Positions 13,235 through 25,012 of a DNA stretch of 64,000 bases are shown here, piece by piece. Both the position numbers and the translations under genes were made by a program. Position 1 is the first letter of the stretch; each line of letters opens with the position of its first letter. Under the pieces are notes generated by a model. That model made no database searches. It was not told the DNA's origin and worked only from the letters and a program-made list of their open reading frames with translations. Source of the DNA: Malacoraja senta (lineage: Eukaryota); assembly GCA_038087875.1 (NCBI GenBank), contig CM075978.1, positions 100,130,001 to 100,194,000 on the forward strand. The letters run 5' to 3'.

Positions 13235-13484
13235 ATCACCATGGACGTTAGTGACAATGATCAGTCATCATTGACCCATTCTTTTTGGTCTTCGATTCAA
13301 GGTTCAAGGTCAGTTTATTGTCACATGTACCAATTAAGGTACAGTGACATTCAATTTACCATATAAACCACATAAAAGTTAACATAAACATCCACCTCAG
13401 CGGTTCCCCCACGTTCCCCACTGTGATGGAAGGCATTAAAGTCCAATCTCCTCTCCCCTATTCTGGGCAAGAGACTGCTTTTAC

Positions 13485-14370
13485 CTAATCGGGTGGCACC
13501 GCGCACGGCGGCCTCGTCAACAGTTTGTCCATCTTTTCACCCTTATTGTTATTTTCAGTCTGTCTTAAAGTATGTTTCTGGAGGTTTCTTAATCTTTTTT
13601 TATGTGGGGAGTGGGGGGGGGGGGGGGGGGTGGGGGGGGGGAGAAGAGGGGAACCCGTTTCTCAGTCACTTTCTGGTCGAGGTTGCGTCTTTTCTTTGAG
13701 TCGCATCTTCGCCCACCCTCGCGGCCTACCAACTGGATTGGCGCGGCATTTCCTACCTGAGACCGGCCAGAGCTTCAGCAGCGGCGCAGCACTGAATTCC
13801 ATCGTGGAGCGGGAGATGCCTTACCGGTCGCCTGTGTTGGAGCTCCGGAGTGTTGGGACAGCTGTTTAACACCCTGGAGCTGTGGTTTGCGGAGCTTTGA
13901 GCCGCGGTCTGACTTTAACATCGCGGAATCCTGGGATCTTTTGCCGGGGGTCGCCAGTGTTGGATCTCCGCCCAGCTCGGCCTGTGGACTTTGGGAGCCG
14001 CGGTCTCCGGTAAGAAGTGGCCGATTCGGAAACTCCAAGCCGCTGAGAGTGTTCTTCCGTTCCGACATTGGAGTTCCATCATCCCGGCGAGAGGGCCTGA
14101 AACATCGGGCCTCCCGTAGCGGCGACTGCGGAGGGCTCAAAGGCTTCAACCACGGGTGAACAAAGAGGAAGATGACTGTACTTTATTGCCTTCCCTCACA
14201 GTGGAAAACGTTGATTCCGCTGTGTGGGGATGTTTATGTTAAACGCTATCATGTATTGTGTTCTTTTTTCTATTTGTATGGCTGTATGGTAATTCAAATC
14301 TCACTGTACCAATTGGTGCACGTGATAATAAATGTAACTTGAACAAATTTGAACTCGACTTGAACTTGAT
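13485..14370 (+). mobile_element. GC-rich non-autonomous retroposon-like repeat (partial copy at 9876-10367; related 3' ends inverted at ~9690-9850 and ~36265-36570)
   Basis: CpG-rich body, AATAAA and TTGAAC-like tail; the 3' segment recurs elsewhere in the window. No coding homology recognised. Confidence 0.55.
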
Positions 14371-14614
14371 CTGTTCCTCTCTTGATTTTGTACCCCTCTA
14401 TAAGATCACCCCTCATGCTCCTGCACTCCAAGGAACAGTCCTAGCCTGCTCAACCTTTCCCTAGAGCTCAAGTCCTCGAGTCCAGGCAACATCCTTGTAA
14501 ATCTTCACTGCGCCCTTTCCGGCTAGGCAATAAGAACTTTTTTTCTTTGTGGAGTTGGTAGGAGATAAGAAGAGGTTTAAAGGTGATCTGATGGGAATTT
14601 TTCCACATGAAAAA

Positions 14615-15020
14615 TTAGATTCCATGGAGCGCAGGAGGATGAGGGGTGATCTTATAGAGGTATAAAATCAAGAGAGGAAGAGATCAGATATACACCCAGT
14701 GTCTTGCCCAGATTAGGTGAATTAAGGACCAGAGGACATAGGTTTAAGATGAAGGGGAAAAGATTGAATAGGAATCTGAGGGGTAACGTTTTCACACAAA
14801 AGGTGGTGAATGTATGGAACAAGCTGCCAGAGGAAGTAGTTGAGGCAGGGATTATCCCAACATTTAAGAAACAGTTAGACAGATACATGGATAGGATAGG
14901 TTTGGAGGGATATGGACCAAATATGGGCAGGTGGGACTAGTGTAGCTGGGACATGTTGGGCAGTGTGAGCAAGTTGGGCCGTAGGGCCTGTTTCCATGCT
15001 GTGTCACTCTCTATGACTCT
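14615..15020 (+). mobile_element. CR1 3' fragment
   Basis: RTRGHRFK..FTQKVVNVWNKLPEEVV..KQLDRYMD. Confidence 0.85.
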
Positions 15021-15354
15021 ATGGAGGATAGGTGGAATTTGGAACACACTGCCTGAGGAAACAGTGAAGGCAGCCACTCCAACAACATGTAAGAAGCAGC
15101 TGGAAAAGTACTTGAATCAGCAAAGTGTAGAAGACTATGGACCAAATGACGAGAAATTAGTTTAGTTTAGTTTATTGTCACGCATACCAAGGTACAGTGA
15201 AAAGCTTTTTTGTTGTGTGCCATCCAGTCGGCAGAAAGATTATACATGATTACAATCAGTCCGTCCACAGTGTACTGATACAGGATAAAGGGATTAACGC
15301 TTAGTCCAAGATAAAGTCCAGTAAAGTCCAATTAAAGTTAGTGAAATTGGAATT

Positions 15355-15560
15355 TTTAAGAAAGAACTGCAGATGCTGGAAAAATTGAAGGTAGACAAAA
15401 ATGCTGGAGAAACTCAGCAGGTGAGGCAGGTGAGGGTGAGCCAAGGAATAGGCGACGTTTCGGGTTGAGTCTGAAGAAGGGTCTCGACCCGAAACGTCGC
15501 CTATTCCTTCGCTCCATTGATGCTGCCTCACCCGCTGAGTTTCTCCAGCATTTTTGTCTC
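15355..15560. mobile_element. Penelope pLTR-derived palindrome with hammerhead core at 15471-15498
   Basis: AAAATGCTGGAGAAACTCAGC..GCTGAGTTTCTCCAGCATTTT arms enclosing CTGAAGAAGGGTCTCGACCCGAAACGTC. Confidence 0.75.
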
Positions 15561-15885
15561 GCTGTGAAATTGGAATTAGTATGGATAAGCATAATAGCCT
15601 GTTGGACATGGTAGGTTGAAGTCTGTTACTGTGCTATACAAATTTATGATACTTGTATACACACAAGGAGCTAAGTGATCACACAATCGATGGATCAGTC
15701 ATCAACAATGCTCTTCAAGGGTTAATCACTCACCCACAGACTACATGCTGATGCTCAAATTCAGGCCTGGACCAATCAATGAGGATATTAACATTGGCAT
15801 TACAAATAACCTTGTCTCCAAAAAGGGAGAGCATACCCTTGACTTTCAATAAAGTTATCATTATCACCACCATTAACATCTTCAA

Positions 15886-16195
15886 GGGCGGCACGGTGAT
15901 GCAGCAGTTGAGTTGCTGCCTTACAGCGCAAGGGACCTGGGTTCGATCCTGACTATGGGTGCTGTCTGTACGGAGTTTGTACGTTCTCCCCGTGACCATG
16001 TGGGCTTTCTCTGGGTGCTGCGGTTTCCTCCCACACTCCAAAGACATACTGGTTTGTAGGTTAATTGGCTTTGGTAAAAATTGTAAATCGTCCCTAGCGT
16101 GTAGGATAGTGCTAGTGTATGGGGATTGCTGGTTGGCATGGACTCCGTGGGCAGAAGGACCTGATTCCATGCTGTATCTTCAAGCTAAACTAAAT
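15886..16195 (+). mobile_element. V-SINE (HE1-like)
   Basis: Full head (GGTTCGATCC B box), V domain and tail. Confidence 0.88.
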
Positions 16196-16544
16196 CCTGG
16201 AGGTCATCATTGACCAGATAATCAAATGGACTAATGACATGAACATCATAGCTACAGGGCCAGGGTAGACCCTGAGTACCTACAGCATAAGGCCAGGTGA
16301 CCTAGCTTCAGCTCAAAAGGTTTTTATGGGGTTTGGGTAGGTAGGCAACAGCCATAACGTATCTCAGAGTAATCTGCTTACCAATCTCAGAATGTGTTCT
16401 GAAATGAGTCAGTATTGGGTTCAAGTGTTCCACTCCATCCTTTATCAGTAAATCAGATCTGTTATTTCAATATTTGTTTTTTTGCAATAGTAACTGTAAA
16501 AAACTTCTCTACATCTCCACTCCTACCATTGGACCAAGTTAGTA

Positions 16545-17080
16545 CTGGTTAGATTACAGAGAGCGAAGCTGCCGCTACATGGTCCCATCACACACACCAA
16601 GGGCAGTACGGGTGTCAGAGGTTGTGGGGAGAAGGCAGGAGAATGGGGTTAGGAGGGAGAGATAGATCAGTCATGATTGAATGGCGGAGTAGACTTGACG
16701 TGCCGAATGGCCTAATTCTACTCCTGTCACATGATCTTATGATCTTATGATAGGGTCAAACACAGAATCAAGCTCCCTAAGCACTGTCCCATAACACACT
16801 CCAAGGATAGGGTCAGACACAGAATGAAGTTCCCTCTCCACTGTCCTTTCCCAGGGTTAGATACAGAGTGAAGCTGTCTCTACAGGTCCCACTACGCACT
16901 CCAAGTACAGGGTCAAACACAGATGGAAGCACCCTCTACACTGCCCTGTCACACATTCCCAGGGTTAGATACAAAGTGAAGCTCCCTCCACATGGTCCCA
17001 TCACATACTCCAAGGGCAGGATCAGCTTTGTTAGATACTCATGGAAGTTCCTTCCACATTGTCCCACATACACTGCCAGG
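16545..17080 (+). repeat. Diverged ~50-60 bp tandem repeat interrupted by a CR1 tail (~16606-16750)
   Basis: Recurring GGGTTAGATACAGAGTGAAGCTCCCTCTACACTGTCCCATCACACACTCC-like units. Confidence 0.75.
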
Positions 17081-17319
17081 TTGGGGACACCACCTAGAGT
17101 AAATTCCTGCATTACACACATTTTAGGCAGAGACATTCTAGAACTCAGAAAAAAGATGGCACTTTCGAAAGAATAGTAAGGGTTGAGAGAGATATGGGTC
17201 AAATGTGGGCAAATGGGACTAGTCCAAAATCTCAAATTGACTGGCATGGACAGGGAGGGCCAAAGGGCCTGATTCCATGCTGTATAGCTCTATGATTATG
17301 ACAAAAATAGAAATGTACA

Positions 17320-17995
17320 GCATAGGAACAGGCCTTCAGCCCACCATGTCTGTGCTGAACAAGATGTCAAATTAAACTAATCGCTTCTGCCTGCACAACC
17401 TCCATATCCCTCCATTGTCTGCATATTCATGGGTCTATCTAAAAGCTTTTGAATGCCATTATCCTATCTGCTTTCACCATCATGCCTGGCAGTGCATTCC
17501 CGGTATCTACAATTCTCTAGGTTAAAAAAAAATATCTATGTCTCTCATGATTTTATAATCTATCGTTAGGTCTCCCCTCAATCTTCGACGCTTCAGAGAA
17601 AACAAACTAAGTTTGTCCAAACTCTCCTGATAGTTAATACCCACTACTCCAGCCAGCATCCTGCTACACTTCTTCTGCATTCCTCTCCAAAGTCTCTACA
17701 TCCTTCCTGTAATGGGGCAACAAGAACTGCACACTTCAAATGCGGCCTGACCAAAATTTTATGAAACTGCTTCATGGTTTCCTGACTCATACTTGATGTC
17801 CTGACTGATAAATACATACCATACTAGTATAGTATTTTTTAAAACTATTTTATCTACTTGTGTTGCACTTTCAGAGAGCTATAGACTTGGACTCCAGGAT
17901 CCCTCTGTACATCAGTGCTGTTAAGGATCCTGCCATTAACTGTATACTTTCCCCATATATTTGACTCACCTCAAACTTGGCTGGATTAAACTCTC
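17320..17995 (-). mobile_element. Old CR1 fragment
   Basis: Degenerate reverse-complement CR1 ORF2 and 3' end. Confidence 0.6.
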
Positions 17996-18170
17996 CTGTT
18001 GTAGGCTGTGGGCCGAGGAGCTTTTTCGTTCAAGTTTGTGACCTAACTCACGGAACTATCTGAATTTTTAACATATTGTGTAAAAATATTATATAAATCT
18101 TACCTGAAACTCATCAAGACCAAAATCTGCACTTTTTTTTGAAATATGGGAAAAACATCCAATTTTCCGA

Positions 18171-18530
18171 GTAGGCCTGTGAGTGCTGCGAAGGGTCGGT
18201 CGGGCTGTCGGTAGGCCTGTGAGTGCTGCGAAGGGTCGGTCGGGCTGTCGGTAGGCCTGTGAGTGCTGCGAAGGGTCGGTCGGGCTGTCGGTAGGCCTGT
18301 GAGTGCTGCGAAGGGTCGGTTGGGCTGTCGGTAGGCCTGTGAGTGCTGCGAAGGGTCGGTCGGGCTGTCGGTAGGCCTGTGAGTGCTGCGAAGGGTCGGT
18401 CGGGCTGTCGGTAGGCCTGTGAGTGCTGCGAAGGGTCGGTTGGGCTGTCGGTAGGCCTGTGAGTGCTGCGAAGGGTCGGTCGGGCTGTTGGTAGGCCGGT
18501 GAGTGCTGCGAAGGGTCGGTCGGGCTGTCG
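18171..18530 (+). repeat. 40-bp GC-rich minisatellite, 9 copies
   Basis: GTAGGCCTGTGAGTGCTGCGAAGGGTCGGT(C/T)GGGCTGTCG repeated head to tail. Confidence 0.97.
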
Positions 18531-18773
18531 GCCGGCTGGTGTTGCAGCGAGCGTGCGGGCAAACTTAGAGAACCGGCGCTACGGTGGTGCTGAAGGCGGC
18601 CCCAGGCATGCAGGGCAGTGCTGCTCCCCACCATCATCACCACGATGATCCAGAAGGGCATGCTGGCCGAGGTCGACTCTCTGAGTGGCCACACTTACGG
18701 AGCCCGCAGCCGGTCCCAAAGCGGCTCCAGCTCCAGCCGTGGGCAGCTCTGGAAGGGGGGCGAGTTAGGGTTT

Positions 18774-19018
18774 AGGGCCTGTCCCATTTTCACGACCTAA
18801 TTCATGACCTCTGCCGAGTTTGCCCTAGACTCATACTCGCAGCATGGTTGTCACGAGGTTATAGGAGGTCATAGGAGGTCGTAGGCAGGTCGTAGGTAGG
18901 TTATGCTAGTTGTAAGTACTCGTGGAATCAAGTAGGTCGGGGCGTTTTTCTAGCCTGATGAAAAATGTCCACGAGTAAAAAAGGTCGTGAATTAGGTCGT
19001 GAAAGTGGGACAGGCCCT
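18774..19018. mobile_element. PIF/Harbinger-like MITE
   Basis: TIRs AGGGCCTGTCCCA(T/C)TTTCACGACCTAATTCA and its reverse complement, TTA/TTT-like flanks, internal AGGTCGT subrepeats. Confidence 0.8.
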
Positions 19019-19264
19019 TTAGGGTTAGGCATTTTCCTCTCAGTGGAAGATGCCTTAGCCTTCCCCCAGCCTGGCACTGCCCCAGTCCCACTATGGCCGT
19101 GACCCCCACTCTGCACACTGGCAGTCAGTGGGGTTCAGTAAACGAGGGAACCCACAGGAACTGCCCTCACCCATTAATTAGGCTGGTTCAGGAGCCGGGC
19201 CTCTGCGGCACTCATTCAAATGACACACTCACAATTATATTCATTATATTATTTTTATATAATA

Positions 19265-21528
19265 CTAGACCAAGTGCAGACCCGTTGGGTCTGTTCCTCC
19301 AAAGCACGGTTGCGGGGTTGGAATCTTGCACCCACAAACACACACACTCATCACACCCCTTGATATTATCTTAATTTTATTAATTGGCTTCTTTTATCCC
19401 ATCTCCACCCTATCCACTGACGAATAGCCCTCATCTCTCAGGTGCGTCTAGAGGGGGGGGGGGCAGAGAGAGTGTGCACAGACAGAGTGGAAGAGAGAGG
19501 GAGAGGGCAGAGAAAAAGATAAAGATCAAAGAGAGAGAGAGAGAGCAGAGAGATAGCGGATGACAGGCGCTGCAAGTCGAAAAGTGATTTATTAAATCTT
19601 AAAATGTAAATAACCTAAAATACAACAATTTAAATGGTAAAGATAAAATGTATTCAGTTATGTTCATTTTTGTTGTGTCTCTTGCTCCATGTTTTGTGTT
19701 CTTTCTCGTTGATCCTCGACATATTCAGTTATTTCTTCTTGGGTCTCTCCTCTTTCTCCCTCCACACTCTTCCCCCTCCCTCCACACTCTTCCCCCTCCC
19801 TCCCCTACCCCATCTCCCTAATTCCCTCCCCCCCCTCCCCCACACCTCTCTCCCCCTCCCCCATCCAAGGGGTGGGGGGAGAGAGGGGAGGGAAGGGGAA
19901 GGGAGGGGGAGAGAGAGAGGGGTGGGTAAGGGGGAGAGAAGTGGAAGAGTGGGGAGGGAGGGGAGGGAGGGGTAGGGGGAGTGGTGGATGAAGGACAGAG
20001 GGGTAGGGGGAAGTGGGTGGGGGGAGAGAGGGAAGGGGAACAGGAGAGAGGGATGGGGAGGGGGAGAGAGGTGTAGGGGAGGGGGGAGGGAGGGGATTAG
20101 GGAGATGGGGTAGGGTAGGGAGGGGGAAGAGTGTGGAGAGAGGGGGAAGAGTGTGGAGGGAGAAGGGGTGTGAGGGAGAGAGGGATGGGGGTGGGAGGAG
20201 GGGTGGAGGAGGGGAGGAGAGGGAGAGGGGTGAGGAGAGGGAGATGGAGAGGGGGAGGAGAGAGGGGTGGGGGACGGGAGGAGAGAGGGATGGGGGAGGG
20301 GAGAGAGGTGTGGGGGAGGGGGAGGGATGGGGAGGGAGGGGAGGAGGGAGATGGGGTAGGGGAGGGAGGGAGAAGAGTGTGGAGGGGTGGGGGGAGAGAG
20401 TGGAAAGATAGGGGAGGGAGAGTGGGAGGGGGAGGGGGGGAGAGAAGTGGAAGAGTGGGGAGGGTGGGAGGGGAGAGGGGTAGGAGGAGTGGTGGAAGAG
20501 GGACAGGGGGAGTGGTGGAAGAGGGACAGAGGGGTAGGGGAAGGGGTGGGGGAGAGAGGGGAGAGAGGGGAGGGAGGGGGAAGGGAGGGGGAGAGAGAGG
20601 GGTGGGGGAGGGAGAGGGAGAGGGGTGTGGTAAGGGGGAGAGAAGTGGAAGAGTGGGGAGGGAGGGGGAGGGGGAGTGGTGGAAGGGGGACAGAGGGGTA
20701 GGGGTAAGGGGCGGGGGAGAGAGGGAAGGGGTGGGGTAGAGAGGGAAGGGGGGTGGGGGAGAGAGGGAAGGGGTGGGGGATGGAAGGGGGAGAGGGAAGG
20801 GGGGTGGGGGAGAGAGGGATGGGGGTGGGTGGAGGAGGGGGAGAAGAGGGAGATGGTGAGGAGAGGGAGGGAGAGGGGGAGGGAGGGATGGGGGGGAGAG
20901 AGAGGTGTGGGGGAGGAGGGGAGGGATGGGGAGGGAGGGGAGGAGGGAGACAGGGTAGGGGAGGGTGGGGGAAGAGTGTGGAGGGAGGGGGAGAGGGGTG
21001 GGGGAGAGAGGGGAAATAGTAGGGAGGGAGAGTGGAAGGGGGAGGGGTAGGGACAGTCCATCTGTTCCCCATTCCCTATCACCCCCAATCCTCTTTCTCA
21101 ATTCCCACACACGTGATGACGCGCTTCGACACAGGCTGCGGGGGTGGGGGGGAGGGGCTGGGGCTGGGGCTGCTGCAAAGGCATATGTAAATGGGTTCAT
21201 TCCGATTGGACATCTGTGAGCATTGGGCACTGTGACATCACACGATGGAACCTTCACCAACATTCTATGGTTGAGAGCTGTTTTTTTTTAACATTTTGAA
21301 ATTTTGGGGGTGAGGGGGAGAAGGATTTTATTTAAAATGTGTACATAAACAGGACAAAATGTAATCAGGAGTGGCTACTCATAAAGAAAAGTGAAATCTC
21401 TAAAGAAATTGAAAAATATCTCGGCGTTTCTGCGTGCGGTGTTGGCGTAGCGAGGAATCAAAGGCTGCTGGCTGGCACAAGTCAAGCAGAAACACACACA
21501 CACACACACAGTTTTAAATATAGATAGA
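19265..21528 (-). mobile_element. Non-autonomous Helitron
   Basis: Minus strand starts TC (21528), followed by (TG)n, and ends CTAG (19268-19265). A 7-bp GC hairpin CAGACCC-GTT-GGGTCTG (19277-19293) lies ~12 nt from the 3' end. Inserted between A (19264) and T (21529) with no TSD. Confidence 0.82.
19745..21055 (+). repeat. G/A-rich polypurine low-complexity array inside the Helitron
   Basis: About 1.2 kb of G-run units. The first ~120 bp is the C-rich inverted copy of ~20050-20163. Confidence 0.9.
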
Positions 21529-21664
21529 TAATTATACATAATTATATTATGATTACATTGATATGATTACAGTCATATTCACAAGTTATAAATATATATC
21601 ACTTTTATATATATCAAGTGATATATATATATATATATATATTACTTTTATATATATAGATATA

Positions 21665-21905
21665 TAATAATAATAATAATAATAATCATTTTATTTACTG
21701 GCGCCTTTCTCAAACCCAAGGACACCTTACAATGCATAGAATCACAACAAAACAAAAAAACACATAATCGGAATAAATTAAATATAAAAACACCACAGTA
21801 CACAAATCAAGGACAGAATTCAATTTCAAAAGCACCAAAAGAAAATAAGAAACACAAGTTTGAGGAGAGAGCAGCGGCGACCAATTCGCGCCAGCGTCCA
21901 CTATG
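21665..21905 (-). mobile_element. L2-like LINE 3' end with (ATT)n tail
   Basis: Reverse complement reads GTAAGGTGTCCTTGGGTTTGAGAAAGGCGCCAGTAAATAAAAATG(ATT)n. Confidence 0.6.
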
Positions 21906-22255
21906 GTATAATACATGGTTCAAATAGACTGCCACACGGAAATAGGCTCCCCATGGTGTAATATGGGCATTGGACACGAGATGGCGATTACTTTTTCGAT
22001 CTCATTTCTAATTAGTTTAATTAATTAATGTGCAACTTTTGGCACTGACGAGTTATGATTTCCTTCTCACTTATATTTTAACTAAATCTGTGCAAAATTT
22101 AATGTAGTTCCGAGACATAGGTCACGGAGCTTGATTTCTAGACACATTTTTGATGCTCGGCCCCCAGCCTATAGTGCCACAACTGAATTGGTCTCTGCTG
22201 TCCCCATCAATCCATTGCTGATTCAGCCATGCCTGGCAGGCAACTCCTGCAGGAC

Positions 22256-22545
22256 AGCACAGTGCTGCTGCAGTAGAGTTGCTGCCTTATAGCACCAGTA
22301 TCCCGGCTTCACTCCTGACTACGGGTGCTATATACAAAGTTAGTACATTCTCCCCGTGACCTGCATGGGGTTTCTCCGGGTGCTCAGGTTTCCTCCCACA
22401 CTCCAGAGACATACAGGTTTGTAGGTTAATTGGCTTGGTTTAATTGTAAACTGTCCCTAGTGCGTGTCGAATAGTGTTAGTATGCGGGGGTCGCTGGTCG
22501 GTGCGAACTCAGTGGGCCGCTGTATCTCTAAACTAAACTAAAGAC
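22256..22545 (+). mobile_element. V-SINE (HE1-like)
   Basis: Same family as 15886-16195. Confidence 0.82.
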
Positions 22546-22999
22546 CTAAACAGCTCGTTCACGGTGAATCTCCATTGTCTGCCAGATGAGGCAACCAGTC
22601 GCTCTGTGTGACCCCCTGCCTACCTCACTTGTCTAGTGATATGTGGAAGCAATTAGTTTGTTTTTATTGACAGGGAGCACTGCCTTTAATGATGCAGGAG
22701 AGAGGGTCTGATACTAATCATCAAGGCATCCATTGACTGACTTGGGCAGACTTGCCATTTAATGTGATTGCCTGCTCATTCCTTCTATCTTCCCTACTAC
22801 TCAAAGCACTCATGCAAGGGCTTTTTAATGGTTTGGTCAAATCAATTGTGCCAGGATGCTGCTTGCATTAGAGGGAATCAGCCAAATGGATAGGGTAGAC
22901 ATACTTTTAATGTAATAAAAAGGGACTGCAGATGCCAGTATATACCAATGATAAAAACTAACTGCTGGAGTAACTCAGTGGTTCAGGCAGCATTGAGTA

Positions 23000-23235
23000 T
23001 TTAGTCAGAGGGTGGTGAATCTGTGGAATTCTTTGCCACAGAAGGCTGTGGAGGCCAAGTCAGTGGATATTTTTAAGGCAGAGATAAATAGATTCTTGAT
23101 TAGTACAGGTGTCAGAGGTTATGGGGAGAAGGCAGGAGAATGGGGTTAGGAGGGAGAGATAGATCAGCCAGGATTGAATGGCGGAGTAGACTTGATGGGC
23201 CGAAAGGCCTAATTCTCCTCCTATCACTTATGACA
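23000..23235 (+). mobile_element. CR1 3' fragment
   Basis: AGAGGGTGGTGAATCTGTGGAATTC..GATGGGCCGAA tail. Confidence 0.8.
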
Positions 23236-24756
23236 TGCTGATTTGCTACATAATCTTGTGTCTATCTTTGGACAAACTTGGATTGTTTTCTCTGAAGCAT
23301 CGGATGGTTGAGGGGAGACCTGATAGAAGTATATAAAATAGTATATAAAATGGACAGGGTTGACAGAATCCTTTCTCTCTTCAGAATGTAAATTTCAAAT
23401 ACTAGGTGGATAGATTTAAGGTCAAGGAGAGGGGCCGTTTTAAGGAGAGGGGCCGTTTTAAGGAGATGTGCAAGGCAAGTTTTTTACTCAGGGAGTGGTG
23501 GGTGCCCGGAACGGTGGTAATGAAAGCACATGCAGTGGTGGCATTTAAGAGGATTTTTGATAGGCACATGGATATGCCGAAAAGTGAATTAGATTAGGTT
23601 GGCTGGATATGGACCACATGCGAAGGAGATTGTTCGGAACTGACATTGTGCGCTCAGGAGCCTGTTCCTATGTTGTACTGTTCTATTTCTCTGTTCTATG
23701 TGGCGTTGTGTTTATGCAATAACAATTACATTAACGGTGAATGTTCACCCATTTCCTCTTTGTCGGGCAGCGTCTGGCCTGGCTTGACCTTGTTGGCAGG
23801 CTGGAGTCGGAGGCGAAGCAGGGGTAGATAGATACGCAGACAGGGGTAGAAGCAGGGGTAGGTTGTTGGCCCATATCTTGTACAAGTCCTCAACACCGGA
23901 TACAATCTGATACTCAGCCATTTGGTAGTAACTCTGAAGTGAAGCCATCAGCTTATCTTTGCCAGTGTGCAGGTTACAAAATGACTCATTCGACCGATAA
24001 TTATGAGTTGAGTGCTTCTCATTGGTGCAGAAACACATTGCAGCCTTGGACATGTCATTAGAGACAGGCTTGACCTGGTTGGCAGCATGATCTTATGAAC
24101 AAACAGACATTTGCTGTTTCCGTTCTATATAACCCTGAAATGCTCCCAAAATTAAGCTGCAATGTCCTAACTCACACCACGTGCCATTCACCAATCAGCC
24201 ATGTAGTGGCTGACTACTGTGGCTTCTGGTTAAGAAATACGCTGGAGGAACTCAGCAGGTCAAGCAGCAACTATGGGGGGGAGAAAGAAATTGTTGACAT
24301 TTTGGGTCAAAACCCTGCATCAGGATACATGTCCTCCAGTAAATAGTTGGCTGTCGCTTTGTGTCTTCTGGTTAAGAAACACTCTTGACTTTAAAATTCT
24401 TATCTTTGTTTTGAAATCACTCAAGTGATCTTGCGTCGCTCTATCTTGGAAACCACCTCAGTGACCAAGTCCAAAAGTTTTGGAATTCCTTCCATAAAGC
24501 ACTCCACATTTCGCTCACAACAAACTGCTGGAGGAAGGGGATGGGCAGCATCAGTGGAGATAAAAAACAATTGTCGCTTTCTCTTCCACAGATAAGAGCT
24601 ACTAGGCAATGTCAAATTCTCCCACTTCAATTACGTTGTTTCTCTGAGTGTATTAGAGCTCATCATTTCTGCTGTAATATATTGGCTGTTTTCCTCTCTC
24701 CGTTCATACGGTTTGACCCTCTGGCTTGCCAGATATCCCTCTATTTCACAACTGGA

Positions 24757-25012
24757 GGCAGCACAGTGGTGCAGCGGTAGAGTTGCTGCCTTACAGCGCA
24801 ATGGACCCGGGTTCGATCCTGACTACGGGTGCTGTCTGAATGCAGTTTGTGCGTTCTCCCTGTGACCGCGTGATATTCGGTTTCCTCCCACACTCCACAG
24901 ACGTACAGGTTTGTAGGTTAATTGGCTTGGTAAGAATGTAAAATTGTCACTAGTGTGTGTAGGGTAGTGTTAATGTGCGGATATCGCTGGTCGGCGTGGA
25001 CTTAGTTGGCCA
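24757..25012 (+). mobile_element. V-SINE (truncated copies at ~40701, ~48266, ~60799)
   Basis: tRNA-like head and V domain. Confidence 0.82.

Larger units (their letters stand above)
7798..13999. repeat. Near-identical duplication (7798-10367 vs 10568-13999) flanking an N gap
   Basis: Sequence right after the gap (CACCCCAGCAATGAACCAACC) repeats 7798 onward. Sequence right before the gap (GGACTTTGGGAGCC) recurs at ~13986-13999. Confidence 0.92.
18003..22170. mobile_element. Non-autonomous TIR DNA transposon carrying nested insertions
   Basis: Left AGGCTGTGGGCCGAG (18003-18017) and right CTCGGCCCCCAGCCT (22156-22170) match 14/15 as inverted repeats. Subterminal inverted GTGACCTA..CGGAACTA at both ends. 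Confidence 0.7.

Noticed and set aside
15886-15960. tRNA genes at SINE heads
   Set aside because: tRNA-derived A/B boxes continue directly into V-SINE bodies; no independent cloverleaf.
18089-18694. 201-aa repetitive ORF, or a CRISPR-like array
   Set aside because: Translation of the 40-bp minisatellite; direct tandem units with no spacers in a vertebrate context.
18765-19030. Interstitial telomere
   Set aside because: Only two or three TTAGGG-like units flank the MITE; too short to call.
19634-21263. Long Pro-rich and Gly/Arg/Glu-rich ORFs (up to 447 aa)
   Set aside because: Artefact of the stop-free polypurine tract; open in nearly all frames.
23745-24053. 102-aa minus-strand ORF in apparently unique DNA
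   Set aside because: No recognisable domain or convincing splice pair; cannot support it as an exon without a search.
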